DNA of 64,000 bases from an uncultured cyanobacterium (GTDB taxonomy: Bacteria; Cyanobacteriota; Cyanobacteriia; Cyanobacteriales; Nostocaceae), in the NCBI GenBank assembly GCA_963706595.1, contig OY970166.1, forward strand, positions 4,480,001 to 4,544,000, in the 5' to 3' direction. The position numbers and the translations under genes were made by a program. How positions within the stretch are numbered: position 1 is the stretch's first letter; every line of letters starts with the position of its first letter. Below the pieces are notes generated by a model. The model saw only the letters and a program-made list of their open reading frames with translations, made no database searches and was not told the DNA's origin. Below are positions 1 through 10,283 of the stretch, piece after piece.

Positions 1-168
1 GAAGGTAAACAAGAGACACCAGATGAACGCATGGCTGATTATCTCGGCTGTTTACCTCAAGGTAGTGGAATTAAGTTACCGGGACGCAACGTTTTACCCT
101 ATGAATCAACAGTAGAATTTGTAGAAGCGATCGCACCATTTATCGCCAGCTTAAAAATTGTAACCTAA
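1..168 (+). CDS. 3' end of a gene entering the window, probably an alpha/beta hydrolase
   Basis: Frame 1 is open from base 1 to TAA at 166-168 (EGKQETPDERMADYLGCLPQG...GRNVLPYESTVEFV); the family call is from recollection of similar cyanobacterial C-termini. Confidence 0.5.
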   Translation, partial: EGKQETPDERMADYLGCLPQGSGIKLPGRNVLPYESTVEFVEAIAPFIASLKIVT

Positions 169-560
169 CTCTGAAACAAACCAGGGATAAGCCAAGTGCT
201 TCTCTTGTAAAGGAAATTGTGGAAACCCTTGATTTGACGTTGGTCGTTGCAGTATTTTGAGACAAAGCAAATTACTACACCATTACTGCCTTATCTTAGC
301 TGTCATCTTGAAATGCTTAAATTTTGATTTGCTGTTTTTTGGGGTTCACCAATTTTGGGATTATAACTCTGTGCTGCTAATGAGGCATACTCTATATCGG
401 TCATGTTGAGATTGTGAATCATGGCTTTTCCTCAACAATTTGGTAGATGTTGGCAGAGCGATCGCCATAGGCATCGTATAATTACGTATTGGATTCTACC
501 TCAGACAAAAGTAGAATATCATCAAAAGCAACACAGGTAATAAACAGTTAGACTATAAAA

Positions 561-1901
561 CTAGGACGCTGCATACTTTTGTTTTAGCAAAGCTCGGAAC
601 TCAGGCATAGTCATAGATAACGCACCGCCGGGGTCGTTTTTATTACCAGGTCTTCCGCCTTCATCACAGCATTCATCATGACCTTTAACATCATCAAAAG
701 AAAAGATATCTGGTGCTTGTGATTTGAGCCATAACAACAGTTTAATTAATGATTCCTCTTGGGCTGGTGTATATTTCTGATACCATCCTTCCCGTTGAGA
801 ACCATTGCGTTTAACATAGCGCATTTCTGATTCTGGGAAATATTCACTGGTTTTTTTATGGAACCAAGCTTTAAACCTCCGTTCTCCATTCACTGTTTGT
901 GGTTCACAACGTCCAACGGCAACTATTTCAATTCCCACGCTGTATTTATGGTGATATGTACCACTATGAGAACCACCCCGATTTAAGGGAAATGCTTGGT
1001 AAATTACACCATCACGACCCATTACCAAACAGGGAAAACCTCTTTCGCCCAGGTATTTTAAAGTTCCTATGGGGTTATCACGTCCTGCTGTAAAATGAAC
1101 TACCGCACCCTTTGGATATCCCTTGTCATAAGTCCATTTTGTTGGTATATCAAATGGATGTTGTGCAAATGGTATCCATAGTTTTTCATCTCCTTTAGGT
1201 TCTGGTTCTATGGTCAGTAATGCTTTCCAGAAATCAGGATCAGTAATACCATCAACTTTAATATTAAACTGTTTTTCAAATTGTTTTTCTACTGAAACCA
1301 CTGCTTGTTTAGTTTTTGCACCAAAAATACCATCAACCTTTAAACCTGCATTAATACGGTTATTCAGTTCATTTTGCAAAACCTTGACCGCTTCTCCCCT
1401 ATCTCCTTCTTTGAGTTCTGGGTACTCGGCTGCTGCCTCTGCAATCAATTCCTGAGCTTCGTTGTATAAATTATTGATGATGTACTCATGATAAGTTAGA
1501 CCACCATGTTGGGATTTCCAGGTATCGGTATAACCGGGAGGACACCAAATAGGACCAATAAAAGCAAGGAAATCTTTAGCACTGCTAACATGATTACGCC
1601 ATCCTTTGTAGGGAGAACGTTCAACAAACCGCCAATAACCACGTACTGCATCTATGGGATTAGCGAACTTACAAAAATTATCACCACCAGTTGGTTCACT
1701 ATTGGTTGAATAATAGACAGAAGTAGCAATACCTTTCATTTCTTCACGCCATTTCATCCCGTGAAAATTATGATGTAGTTTTGCTAAATCAGTGCTACCA
1801 CGTCCACTTTCTAAAATTGCCTGTGCTAAACACGCTGTCTTTAGTTGCGGAAATTCAATATCTGTCTGTGCCACAGCTTCAACAAATTCCTGCCAACTCA
1901 T
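561..1901 (-). CDS. Peptidoglycan hydrolase: glucosaminidase (GH73-like) + PG-binding + Amidase_2
   Basis: AQAILESG...HNFHGMK (GH73-like); LKEGDRGEAVKVLQ...VDGIFG (PG_binding_1); VVHFTAG, SVGIEI, KGHDE, KNDPG (Amidase_2). Likely ATG at 1901 (MSWQEF) rather than the track's 1961. Confidence 0.8.
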   Translation of the reverse strand: MSWQEFVEAVAQTDIEFPQLKTACLAQAILESGRGSTDLAKLHHNFHGMKWREEMKGIATSVYYSTNSEPTGGDNFCKFANPIDAVRGYWRFVERSPYKGWRNHVSSAKDFLAFIGPIWCPPGYTDTWKSQHGGLTYHEYIINNLYNEAQELIAEAAAEYPELKEGDRGEAVKVLQNELNNRINAGLKVDGIFGAKTKQAVVSVEKQFEKQFNIKVDGITDPDFWKALLTIEPEPKGDEKLWIPFAQHPFDIPTKWTYDKGYPKGAVVHFTAGRDNPIGTLKYLGERGFPCLVMGRDGVIYQAFPLNRGGSHSGTYHHKYSVGIEIVAVGRCEPQTVNGERRFKAWFHKKTSEYFPESEMRYVKRNGSQREGWYQKYTPAQEESLIKLLLWLKSQAPDIFSFDDVKGHDECCDEGGRPGNKNDPGGALSMTMPEFRALLKQKYAAS

Positions 1902-2198
1902 ACTATAAACCTTTGTAAAATATAAAACTAGCCTTTTTTTATCATATTTCTGGCTTTTCAAAGATATACTGCTACAAAAAGTTAATAAATACTTGAACTA
2001 ACTAACCTATATTAAATTGACTGCGATTAACTAAAACATTTGTTTAAAAGCGGTCTTGTTTTGCGCGTATCCCGCTTGAACCCCGTATTGGCGAGAAAAC
2101 TATGAGATTAAGCGATTGCGCGGAGCGCAGTGCCGGAAGCGATCGCCACTCCTCATTTATAGCTAGAATCAGAATGTTTACTTATTTGTGCTGAAGTT

Positions 2199-2570
2199 GT
2201 GGCTACTATATCTTGTCCCCATTGCCATCAACTCGTTGATAATCAGGCAATTACTTGCCCTTATTGTCGGACAACCCTCAAAGCTTACGGTCATCCCGGA
2301 ATTCCACTGCACCGTGCGACTGGGAAAGAGTATCTGTGCGACAGCTGCACATACCACGCCGATAATACTTGCAACTTTCCTCAACACCCTTACGCTAAAG
2401 ACTGTACACTGTACGACAACCTGGAACAGAGCCAGTTGAGATTACAGGCGCAACGTCAAAGTAGCAACTTTGGGGCAACTGTGAAAAACTGGAGTCAACG
2501 CCATCAGTCTTTGCTGCTGCTATTAGGTTTATTATTCGTCTGTTTGCTTGTAGTTTTGTCAACTGGTTGA
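2199..2570 (+). CDS. Zinc-ribbon protein with C-terminal transmembrane helix
   Basis: CPHC, CPYC and CDSC motifs; hydrophobic C-terminus. Confidence 0.75.
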   Translation: MATISCPHCHQLVDNQAITCPYCRTTLKAYGHPGIPLHRATGKEYLCDSCTYHADNTCNFPQHPYAKDCTLYDNLEQSQLRLQAQRQSSNFGATVKNWSQRHQSLLLLLGLLFVCLLVVLSTG

Positions 2571-2576
2571 TAAACC

Positions 2577-4547
2577 TTAAACAGCAGGAATTGTGATGGT
2601 TTCAGTCGGAGAATCAACTAGGATTTTTGGCTGTTCTTCAAATAGCGTTAAGTCGAACCAAAAAGTAGTACCCACGCCCACTTCACTCACCAGATGCATT
2701 TGACTGCGATGCCGTTCCATGATGTTTCTGACAATGGATAAACCCAAGCCAGTACCTTCGAGAGTGTGAACTCGGTTTTCTACCCGGAAAAAGCGGTCAA
2801 ATATTGCTTGTTGGTCTTCTGAAGCAATGCCAATACCAGTATCAGATATTTCCACCCGCACATAAGCCTGCTGATTGTGTAAATTAGGCTTGGGATCTAA
2901 TTGGTAGGCGCGAATTGCAACTTGACCACCAGACTCAGAAAATTTGAGAGAATTACCCACCAAATTCGCTAATACTTGTAACAATAAATCATAATTACCC
3001 AAAACTAAGGGCAAATCCAGGGGTACTTCCTGAATTAGTTCAATACCTTTGTCCCTAGCATTGAGTTGGTAAGTACGTAGGGTTTGGTCGATGGCTTGGG
3101 CTAAATCTACGCCACCAAAGTTGTAGCTGCGTCCAGATTCGAGTTTGGATAAATCCAAGACATCGTTAACTAAACGGGTAAGTCTGTCGGTTTCATTATT
3201 GACAGTTTGTAGAAAATCCTGACGTTGTTCTACACTCAAGTCTTCGCCGTACTCATGCAAAGTTTCAATAAAGGATTTGATATTAAATAGCGGCGTGCGT
3301 AATTCGTGAGAAACATTACTGATAAATTGGCTTTTAGCTTCATTCAGTTCTACCTCACGAGTGATATCTTGGACGGTGATGGCAATACCTTTGATGCTTT
3401 CTCGTTGTAAGTTGAGTACAGTAGTCAAGAGAATGCGGACGGTGCGCTTGGTAGGTTCATGCAAATGAATCCGGAACTCAGCACTTTCACATTCACCTGC
3501 GGCCATTTCATACAAAGGGCGGGTAATTTCCGTCTGTACCGCCGGGGGTAAATGATGTAAAACGTTGCAACCCTCGACTTCTATCCCTTCCCAGCCAAAA
3601 ATGCGCCGCGCTGTGGGGTTAACTAAAATCACCTGCATACTGTTATCAATTAACACAGCACCATCGGCGATTGTAGAAACCAGTGTTTCGAGTTTAGCTT
3701 TTTCTGCGGTTAATTCCTCAATATTTTGCTCCTCATAGCGCTCTAGACGCTCTGCCATTTCATTAAAACTGAGAATTACCTCTCCGAGTTCGCCACCCAG
3801 AGGTAAGTCAATGCGCTGCTTAAAATTACCCGCAGCAATTTGTTTTACCCCCACCAGCAGTTCTTTAATGGGCTTGGTAATGGTTAAAGCGTTCACCACT
3901 CCCGCTAAAATCACCATGACCCAAATTGTGATAAAAACGGCAATGGTAACATCACGAGTAAAATTAGTGGAAATAACTGCGGTTTGGTTGGGGTTGATGC
4001 CTATCGCCAATACACCCTGGTATTTTTGATCGACAATCAGGGGAATAAATACATCGGTGACTATACCATCTGGGGTCAAGTGTTGCCGCACCATCGGCTT
4101 TTCTAAGTCGTTGGTGTAATCTTCTGGTAGTTGTATGCGTCGTTCAATGGTGAGGGAGTTTTCTACTTCTGGTTGTGAAAAAGGAATGCCGAAAAATATT
4201 TTTCCAGTTTGGTCAGCGTAGAGCATATAACGCACACTGGAGGTGGTGCTATAGAAACGTTGGGAAAATTGGGCAACTTCTGTGAGATTATGATCGGCTA
4301 TCAAGGGAGCAACGTTAGCAGCCAGCAGTAGTCCTAAATCACGACCAAAGCGGGTATCATTCATTCGGGCATCTTGCTGAATTGTATTCACAGCCCAGAA
4401 GGTGAGACCACTCATGACCAATGACACTACCAAAGTGGCGGCGGCTAAAAGTTTAGTTTGGAGGGTAAATTCAGTCCACCAGTTGGCGAGTGTCTTGGAT
4501 ACGCCGTTGGCGAACGCTTCTCGGATTGTTTTTAAAGGAGCCAGCAT
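2577..4547 (-). CDS. nblS: Sensor histidine kinase NblS/Hik33 (TM-HAMP-PAS-HisKA-HATPase)
   Basis: MNDTRFGRDLGLLLA N-terminal motif, NVSHELRTPLFNIKSF H-box, FFRVENRVHTLEGTGLGL; adjacent to purD. Confidence 0.9.
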   Translation of the reverse strand: MLAPLKTIREAFANGVSKTLANWWTEFTLQTKLLAAATLVVSLVMSGLTFWAVNTIQQDARMNDTRFGRDLGLLLAANVAPLIADHNLTEVAQFSQRFYSTTSSVRYMLYADQTGKIFFGIPFSQPEVENSLTIERRIQLPEDYTNDLEKPMVRQHLTPDGIVTDVFIPLIVDQKYQGVLAIGINPNQTAVISTNFTRDVTIAVFITIWVMVILAGVVNALTITKPIKELLVGVKQIAAGNFKQRIDLPLGGELGEVILSFNEMAERLERYEEQNIEELTAEKAKLETLVSTIADGAVLIDNSMQVILVNPTARRIFGWEGIEVEGCNVLHHLPPAVQTEITRPLYEMAAGECESAEFRIHLHEPTKRTVRILLTTVLNLQRESIKGIAITVQDITREVELNEAKSQFISNVSHELRTPLFNIKSFIETLHEYGEDLSVEQRQDFLQTVNNETDRLTRLVNDVLDLSKLESGRSYNFGGVDLAQAIDQTLRTYQLNARDKGIELIQEVPLDLPLVLGNYDLLLQVLANLVGNSLKFSESGGQVAIRAYQLDPKPNLHNQQAYVRVEISDTGIGIASEDQQAIFDRFFRVENRVHTLEGTGLGLSIVRNIMERHRSQMHLVSEVGVGTTFWFDLTLFEEQPKILVDSPTETITIPAV

Positions 4548-4664
4548 TTTAAATAAAGTTGTTAGTAGTTTCGGTTATTCAACGCCAACAACTAAAAAAT
4601 TAACAGTTAATTTGATCAATATGTTAATTGAAAGATGAGGGTAGGTGGGAAATGCCAATTTTTC

Positions 4665-4723
<59 letters not shown>

Positions 4724-4999
4724 TTAAAACCCGAAATGGTGTCTAAGTTTGATTATTCCTTTATGTCTTAACCTCCTTGGCGGTTGCTATACCTCAATCA
4801 TACTGTGGTATTTGTGGTCTTCGCTGTCTTCTTGATTTTGGATGCGGTCTGCAAAGTAGACGGACAGATATACTGCATATTTCATCTGAGTAGGTACTAG
4901 GCGGGCAAGACTTGTACTGAGCTTGTCGAAGTATGCCCACCCCACAAGAGTTATAAAATGAAGATGTGTATTTGATTTACTGCGAAAGTGCTGTAATTT

Positions 5000-6277
5000 C
5001 TACTTCAGGACTCGATGACCGATGTCTTTTCGGTAATACATTCCTTCAAATTCTAAGGATTTGATTCCAGTGTATGCCTGAGCGATCGCCTCCTGAAAAT
5101 CTTTGCCGATGGCAGTCACATTTAACACTCTTCCCCCATCTGTGACTATTTGTTGTTGCTGGTTTAATTTCGTACCTGCGTGAAATACGGTCACTCCGGC
5201 GGCTTCCGCTTCTTTAATTCCAGTAATCACTTGGCCTTTGTCGTATTCCCCTGGATAACCACCGGAAGCGGCGACTACAGTGGCAGCAGCCCCTTGTTTC
5301 CAAGCTATGGGGGGCATTTCGCCTAAACGCTGCTGTACACAGGCTAAAATCAATTCTTCTAGGGGTGTGTCTAACAGTGGCAAAATCACCTGAGTTTCAG
5401 GATCACCGAAGCGACAGTTAAATTCTAAAACCTTCAAGTCACCATCGGGGGCAATCATTAATCCAGCATACAGTACGCCTCGGTAGTCGATGCCTCTGGA
5501 TCTTAAACAGGCGATCGCTCTTTCCAAAACTTCTGTTTGAACGCGTGACATTAACTCTGGTGTCGCAATAGGTGCGGGGGCATAAGCTCCCATCCCACCA
5601 GTATTTTCACCTGTATCGCCCTCTCCAATCCGCTTATGATCTTGCGCTGGTAGCAAAGGGCGAATAGTTAACCCATCAGTCAAGGCTAAAACTGATACCT
5701 CCTGCCCAATCAAACATTCTTCCACAACTACAAAATTGCCCGCACTCCCAAACTGTCCCTGAAAAATGGCATCAATAGCATTTTCAGCCTGTTCTAAAGT
5801 TTCAGCAACTATCACACCCTTACCTGCTGCCAAACCGTCAGCTTTTACCACTATGGGTATTCCCTGTGCTTTCAGATAAGATTTGGCTGCTGCTGCTTCA
5901 GTAAATACCGCAGCCTTAGCTGTAGGAATCCCCGCTTCTTGCATTAAAGCCTTAGCCCAAGCCTTACTCGCTTCAATTTGCGCTCCGGCTCTCACCGGAC
6001 CAAATACCATTAGTCCTTGACTTTGGAGGTAATCTGTGATGCCCATTGCTAGGGGTACTTCTGGCCCGACTACCACCAAAGAAATGTTATTTTCCAGAGC
6101 ATATCGGCTCATACCTTCAAAATCATCGACAGCCAAAGGCAAATTCTGACAATGTTCCAGAGTTGCACTACCGCCGTTTCCTGGCACACAGACAACCTGC
6201 TGAATTTGCGGAGATTGTAACAGTTTCCAGGCTAGAGCGTGTTCGCGCCCTCCATTACCAACAACTAAAACTTTCAC
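5000..6277 (-). CDS. purD: Phosphoribosylamine--glycine ligase
   Basis: GNGGREHAL, KADGLAAGKGV, QDHKR, NTGGMGAY, EFNCRFGDPETQ motifs. Confidence 0.97.
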   Translation of the reverse strand: MKVLVVGNGGREHALAWKLLQSPQIQQVVCVPGNGGSATLEHCQNLPLAVDDFEGMSRYALENNISLVVVGPEVPLAMGITDYLQSQGLMVFGPVRAGAQIEASKAWAKALMQEAGIPTAKAAVFTEAAAAKSYLKAQGIPIVVKADGLAAGKGVIVAETLEQAENAIDAIFQGQFGSAGNFVVVEECLIGQEVSVLALTDGLTIRPLLPAQDHKRIGEGDTGENTGGMGAYAPAPIATPELMSRVQTEVLERAIACLRSRGIDYRGVLYAGLMIAPDGDLKVLEFNCRFGDPETQVILPLLDTPLEELILACVQQRLGEMPPIAWKQGAAATVVAASGGYPGEYDKGQVITGIKEAEAAGVTVFHAGTKLNQQQQIVTDGGRVLNVTAIGKDFQEAIAQAYTGIKSLEFEGMYYRKDIGHRVLK

Positions 6278-6625
6278 TTATTTCCTCGTGCGTCCCTTGT
6301 GAAACGAGAACACCCTAGCGGGGAACTCGTGGATCAATTTTTTCATCAATTATTGTGCTTATGCAAGTCCCTAATCAAATTTTGTGCTAATCACATTAGA
6401 GGTTATACTTATTTTATTCGTATATTTAAGGAGTAATTCTATTGTTTTAGAACAATAAAGTTATAAGTACTTAGAAAATATCAATACAGGTCTTCAGTAT
6501 TTATCATGGATTTTTAAACGTTAAAACAATTAACTGCAAAGAACTTGCTAATTCATGACATTTGATGATTTTAACTATTAACCTGTGAATATTGAAAATA
6601 AACACATATCCATAGCAGAGAAAAC

Positions 6626-7595
6626 ATGACTAAAAATATTGTTACTGGCGCGGCAGGATTTATTGGTTCTCACCTTGTGGACGCATTACTGCAACAAGGA
6701 CAAGAAGTAATCGGAATTGATCAATTTAACGATTACTACGATCCGATGTTAAAGCACAAAAATATTGCACATTTACAAGATTCACCTAATTTTACTTTAA
6801 TTGCGGAAGATATTCAGTCTTTAGATTGGGCGGCGCTGCTTCAAGATGTTGATGTAGTTTACCATCAGGCGGCACAAGCTGGGGTCAGAGCCAGTTGGGG
6901 GGAAGGATTCCGTAATTATACTGAACGTAATATCAGTGCCACCCAAGTTTTGTTAGAAGCCGCAAAGGATGCTCACAACCTGAAAAGATTAGTATTTGCC
7001 TCTACATCTAGTGTCTATGGCGATGCCGAAACATTACCCACCAGTGAAAAAATTCCGCCGCAACCAGTTTCTCCTTATGGGATTACCAAACTAGCGGCTG
7101 AACGTTTGTGTAGACTATATCACAAAAACTTTGGTGTACCGATGGTGGCATTACGCTATTTTACCGTTTATTGGACCCAGACAGCGCCCAGATATGGCAT
7201 TTCATAAATTTTTCCAAGCTATTTTGCAGGATGAGGCAATTCCCATTTACGGAGATGGACAGCAAACGCGAGATTTTACTTTTGTCAGTGATGCCATAGC
7301 GGCTAATTTAGCTGCTGCCACTGTACCAGAAGCGGTGGGTGAAATCTTCAATATTGGCGGTGGTAGCAGGGTAGTTTTAGCAGAAGTTTTGGATACTATG
7401 GCAGAAATAGTGGGCAAACCCATTAAAAAGAATTATATCGAAAAAGCGATGGGAGACGCGCGTCATACTGCGGCTGATGTCTCGAAAGCGAGGGAAATCT
7501 TAGGATATCAGCCCCAAGTTAGCTTAAGGGAGGGTTTAACGCAGGAATGGCAATGGGTACAGGCGTTATACGGAAAAGTGCTGATTGCTGAGTGA
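6626..7595 (+). CDS. NAD-dependent nucleotide-sugar epimerase (UDP-glucuronate 4-epimerase-like), split by a +1 frameshift near 7171
   Basis: TGAAGFIG, AAQAGVR, YGITK in the first ORF; GPRQRPDMAFHKF in the second. GTT TAT T GGA CCC has an extra T. Confidence 0.85.
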
Positions 7596-7661
7596 AGAAA
7601 GTAAAGTTCTGTCTAAGTTTTTTTCCCCCTGCACCCTGCCCCCTGCTCCCCTGCCTCTTTT

Positions 7662-9263
7662 TCAAAGGGTGTTATTGCTGAGGGTAGAGGCTGCTTCAAT
7701 AATTTGCTTCATTACCCACACATTATTTGTTCCCATCAAAACAATTAAAGCTACTAAACCAGCTTTGTAAAACCTATTTTTAATTAATGAAAGGTTGGTG
7801 ACAATTGCTAGAACCAAAAAAGTAAAGTGACAGGTATAGAGAAACATTTCATGTACACCAAATATCGAATGAAGTGCGATATTAAATAGAATGCATAGGA
7901 AAAGTCCGTAGAACATAGGCCTGTTCTGATGAATCATTTGTATGTTCTTGAATAGGCCTGAAATAAAAATAGACAGCCAAAGAAGAATCCCTGCTAACCC
8001 CACGAGATTGTAATTCAGAGGACGCTCAAAAAAGCCGATAATTGGTTTGCGAGTGAGCATTTCCTCCGCTAGTGGCAAAGGTGAGGCTGTGACGAAATTG
8101 ACAATGAAAAAATGTTGTCCCAATTCATGGAGCGTAGTTAAAGGTTGATTAATAATGTTAATGGCTGTATATTTTAGCTCTGTTACAACTGTTGAAGGTA
8201 CGAAAAATAGAGCTGCGTTGGGAAAAATTCTGTCTTGAATCAGACTTAATAAAAAAGATATTAGCAATACAACACCAATATATTCTGCAACGATGGCAAG
8301 TCTATCTTTTCGGCGAAGCAAAATAACGACTATCGAAAAGCAAATGATGCTTTGGGCAAAATTGGTAATCGTGATGCCAAATGTAAAGAACCCTGTTAAA
8401 ACCCAATATTCAGTGTATAGTTTTTTGTCTCTTAAACAAATAAAGAATAATATATGGGTGGCAATAATGCTAGCAGCAGCAAAGGCATAGGTTTCTGGTA
8501 TCATTCCAAAAGCTAACTGGCTCATACTGAAGCCAAATACGAGCGTTAAAAGTGTCGCATCAAGAAATTTTCCCAGCACCAAGCGAAAGAAAATAAAGGC
8601 TAAGAAAACTGCTAAACTGGCAAAAAAAGCATTCAGAAGGATAACGGTTACGACTTTAGATGAGATTAATTGATGTAGACCTGAACCTATAAAATCTACA
8701 AACAGCAGAATTAAGGGATGAGATCCTTTGTGATTACTGTTCCACTCCATAGATGTCCAACCGTTTATCTGCTCACCAATATCTGATCCAAAGTAGTCAA
8801 ATGTGTTGAAATAGGGCGATATTTGTAGACCCAGTATCACATAAATGATAAAAAAAGTTCCCGGGATACAGATTGTGGCAACTATTAACTTCCAATCTCG
8901 ATCTGGAAGCAGATTTTTTTTCATTCCTGCTATGAACTGGTGAAAAATGTTGGCATAATTAAAGTTATTTCTAATTTGCCGGAAATATTTCACCGATGAC
9001 ACAGCACCTATTAAACAAAAAGCTCCTAACAGGTTAAAGGCAATAAAAAATTTAATATACCTGAGAATATAAAAATCTAGGGGATTTTCTTCGCGACCTG
9101 AGAGGGGTTTGATAATAAAGAATGATTCACCTGAATATAATCTTGAAATAATGGGATGTACAACTAACAAAGAGACAAGTAAATTAAATATTACTAAGGT
9201 TAGAGTAGCTAAAAGAATCTTATTTCTCTGACTTAGCGATGTAACAGGTTGTTGTAGTTGCAT
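7662..9263 (-). CDS. Polytopic membrane protein, possible GT-C-type glycosyltransferase
   Basis: 533 aa with many hydrophobic segments, HPL loop motif and PETY motif; last gene of the ubiA-like cluster. Confidence 0.5.
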   Translation of the reverse strand: MQLQQPVTSLSQRNKILLATLTLVIFNLLVSLLVVHPIISRLYSGESFFIIKPLSGREENPLDFYILRYIKFFIAFNLLGAFCLIGAVSSVKYFRQIRNNFNYANIFHQFIAGMKKNLLPDRDWKLIVATICIPGTFFIIYVILGLQISPYFNTFDYFGSDIGEQINGWTSMEWNSNHKGSHPLILLFVDFIGSGLHQLISSKVVTVILLNAFFASLAVFLAFIFFRLVLGKFLDATLLTLVFGFSMSQLAFGMIPETYAFAAASIIATHILFFICLRDKKLYTEYWVLTGFFTFGITITNFAQSIICFSIVVILLRRKDRLAIVAEYIGVVLLISFLLSLIQDRIFPNAALFFVPSTVVTELKYTAINIINQPLTTLHELGQHFFIVNFVTASPLPLAEEMLTRKPIIGFFERPLNYNLVGLAGILLWLSIFISGLFKNIQMIHQNRPMFYGLFLCILFNIALHSIFGVHEMFLYTCHFTFLVLAIVTNLSLIKNRFYKAGLVALIVLMGTNNVWVMKQIIEAASTLSNNTL

Positions 9264-9307
9264 AATTAATACTGATTTATGGAAATACTAAAATGACAAA
9301 GATTTCA

Positions 9308-9643
9308 CTAAGTTTTGGCTAAAGCGATCGCCCAAATACCACTTAATACTAAACCCACCCCTATCCATTGAGAAATTAATACTTTTTCACGCAAAATTAG
9401 AGACCCAGCAACCATTGTGGCAACAATTGTTAAACCTATAACCATTGGATAGGCAACAGATAAATTCATTTTCCCTAAAACTAATATATAGAATATAGTA
9501 CTCAATCCATAACTACAAATACCTCCGAACAAATAAATATTTAAAGGATTTTGACCTGCTCCTAGTTTCAATAGAGTTTGTGCTAGTGTGTTTAACCCCA
9601 CTGTAATTAAAATTAGTAAACTAAAGATAATTGGGTTGGTCAT
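9308..9643 (-). CDS. SMR/EamA-family small membrane protein (ArnE/F-like flippase candidate)
   Basis: 111 aa, four hydrophobic helices, LSVAYP and LREK motifs. Confidence 0.75.
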   Translation of the reverse strand: MTNPIIFSLLILITVGLNTLAQTLLKLGAGQNPLNIYLFGGICSYGLSTIFYILVLGKMNLSVAYPMVIGLTIVATMVAGSLILREKVLISQWIGVGLVLSGIWAIALAKT

Positions 9644-9692
9644 AACGGCAATTTTTTACCTACATTCCTGATGTTTTGCTTACTCATAAAAA

Positions 9693-10268
9693 TTATTTAA
9701 AATTTTCATAATTAATATGATCATGAAATTCCCAAAGTTCTGCTGTCTCTAAATAAGGCATTTGAATCCATTTACCTGCAATTTTTTCCCACCATCGTGG
9801 CGGATGGGGTAAGCTAGCAACTTGGATGGAAGGACAACCACAAAGCCATGCGCCGACAATATCAGTATGCAAACTATCGCCAATAACTACTACATATTTG
9901 GGTGATAGTCGCATTGAGTATATGGCTTGGCGAAATGCCGAGGGAAAGGGTTTCTTAGCCGGACTGATTGCGGGAATATTCAGTCGATGTGACCAGAATT
10001 TAACGCGATACTGACGTTTCCCATTTGAGAGCATAAACAACTTTAATCCGGCTAACTTTGCCTCGGTAATCCAATTTTCTGCTTCAGGCGATATGTAGCG
10101 ATCATCTTCGGAAATAATAGTGTTATCTAAATCTAGAATAATTCCTTTAACACCACACTTCTGAATTTGCACAATGTCGATCTGGGCTAGTTTATGGATG
10201 CGTTGTGGAAGTTTGTCGCTTCCTTTTCGCCACTTCCGCCAAAAAATTGTCAATTTTTTCATCTGCAA
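9693..10268 (-). CDS. YqeG-family HAD IIIA phosphatase
   Basis: LDLDNT, LSN, AKKP and IGDSLHTDI motifs. Confidence 0.85.
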   Translation of the reverse strand: MQMKKLTIFWRKWRKGSDKLPQRIHKLAQIDIVQIQKCGVKGIILDLDNTIISEDDRYISPEAENWITEAKLAGLKLFMLSNGKRQYRVKFWSHRLNIPAISPAKKPFPSAFRQAIYSMRLSPKYVVVIGDSLHTDIVGAWLCGCPSIQVASLPHPPRWWEKIAGKWIQMPYLETAELWEFHDHINYENFK

Positions 10269-10283
10269 GTTTCTGAAGATGCC

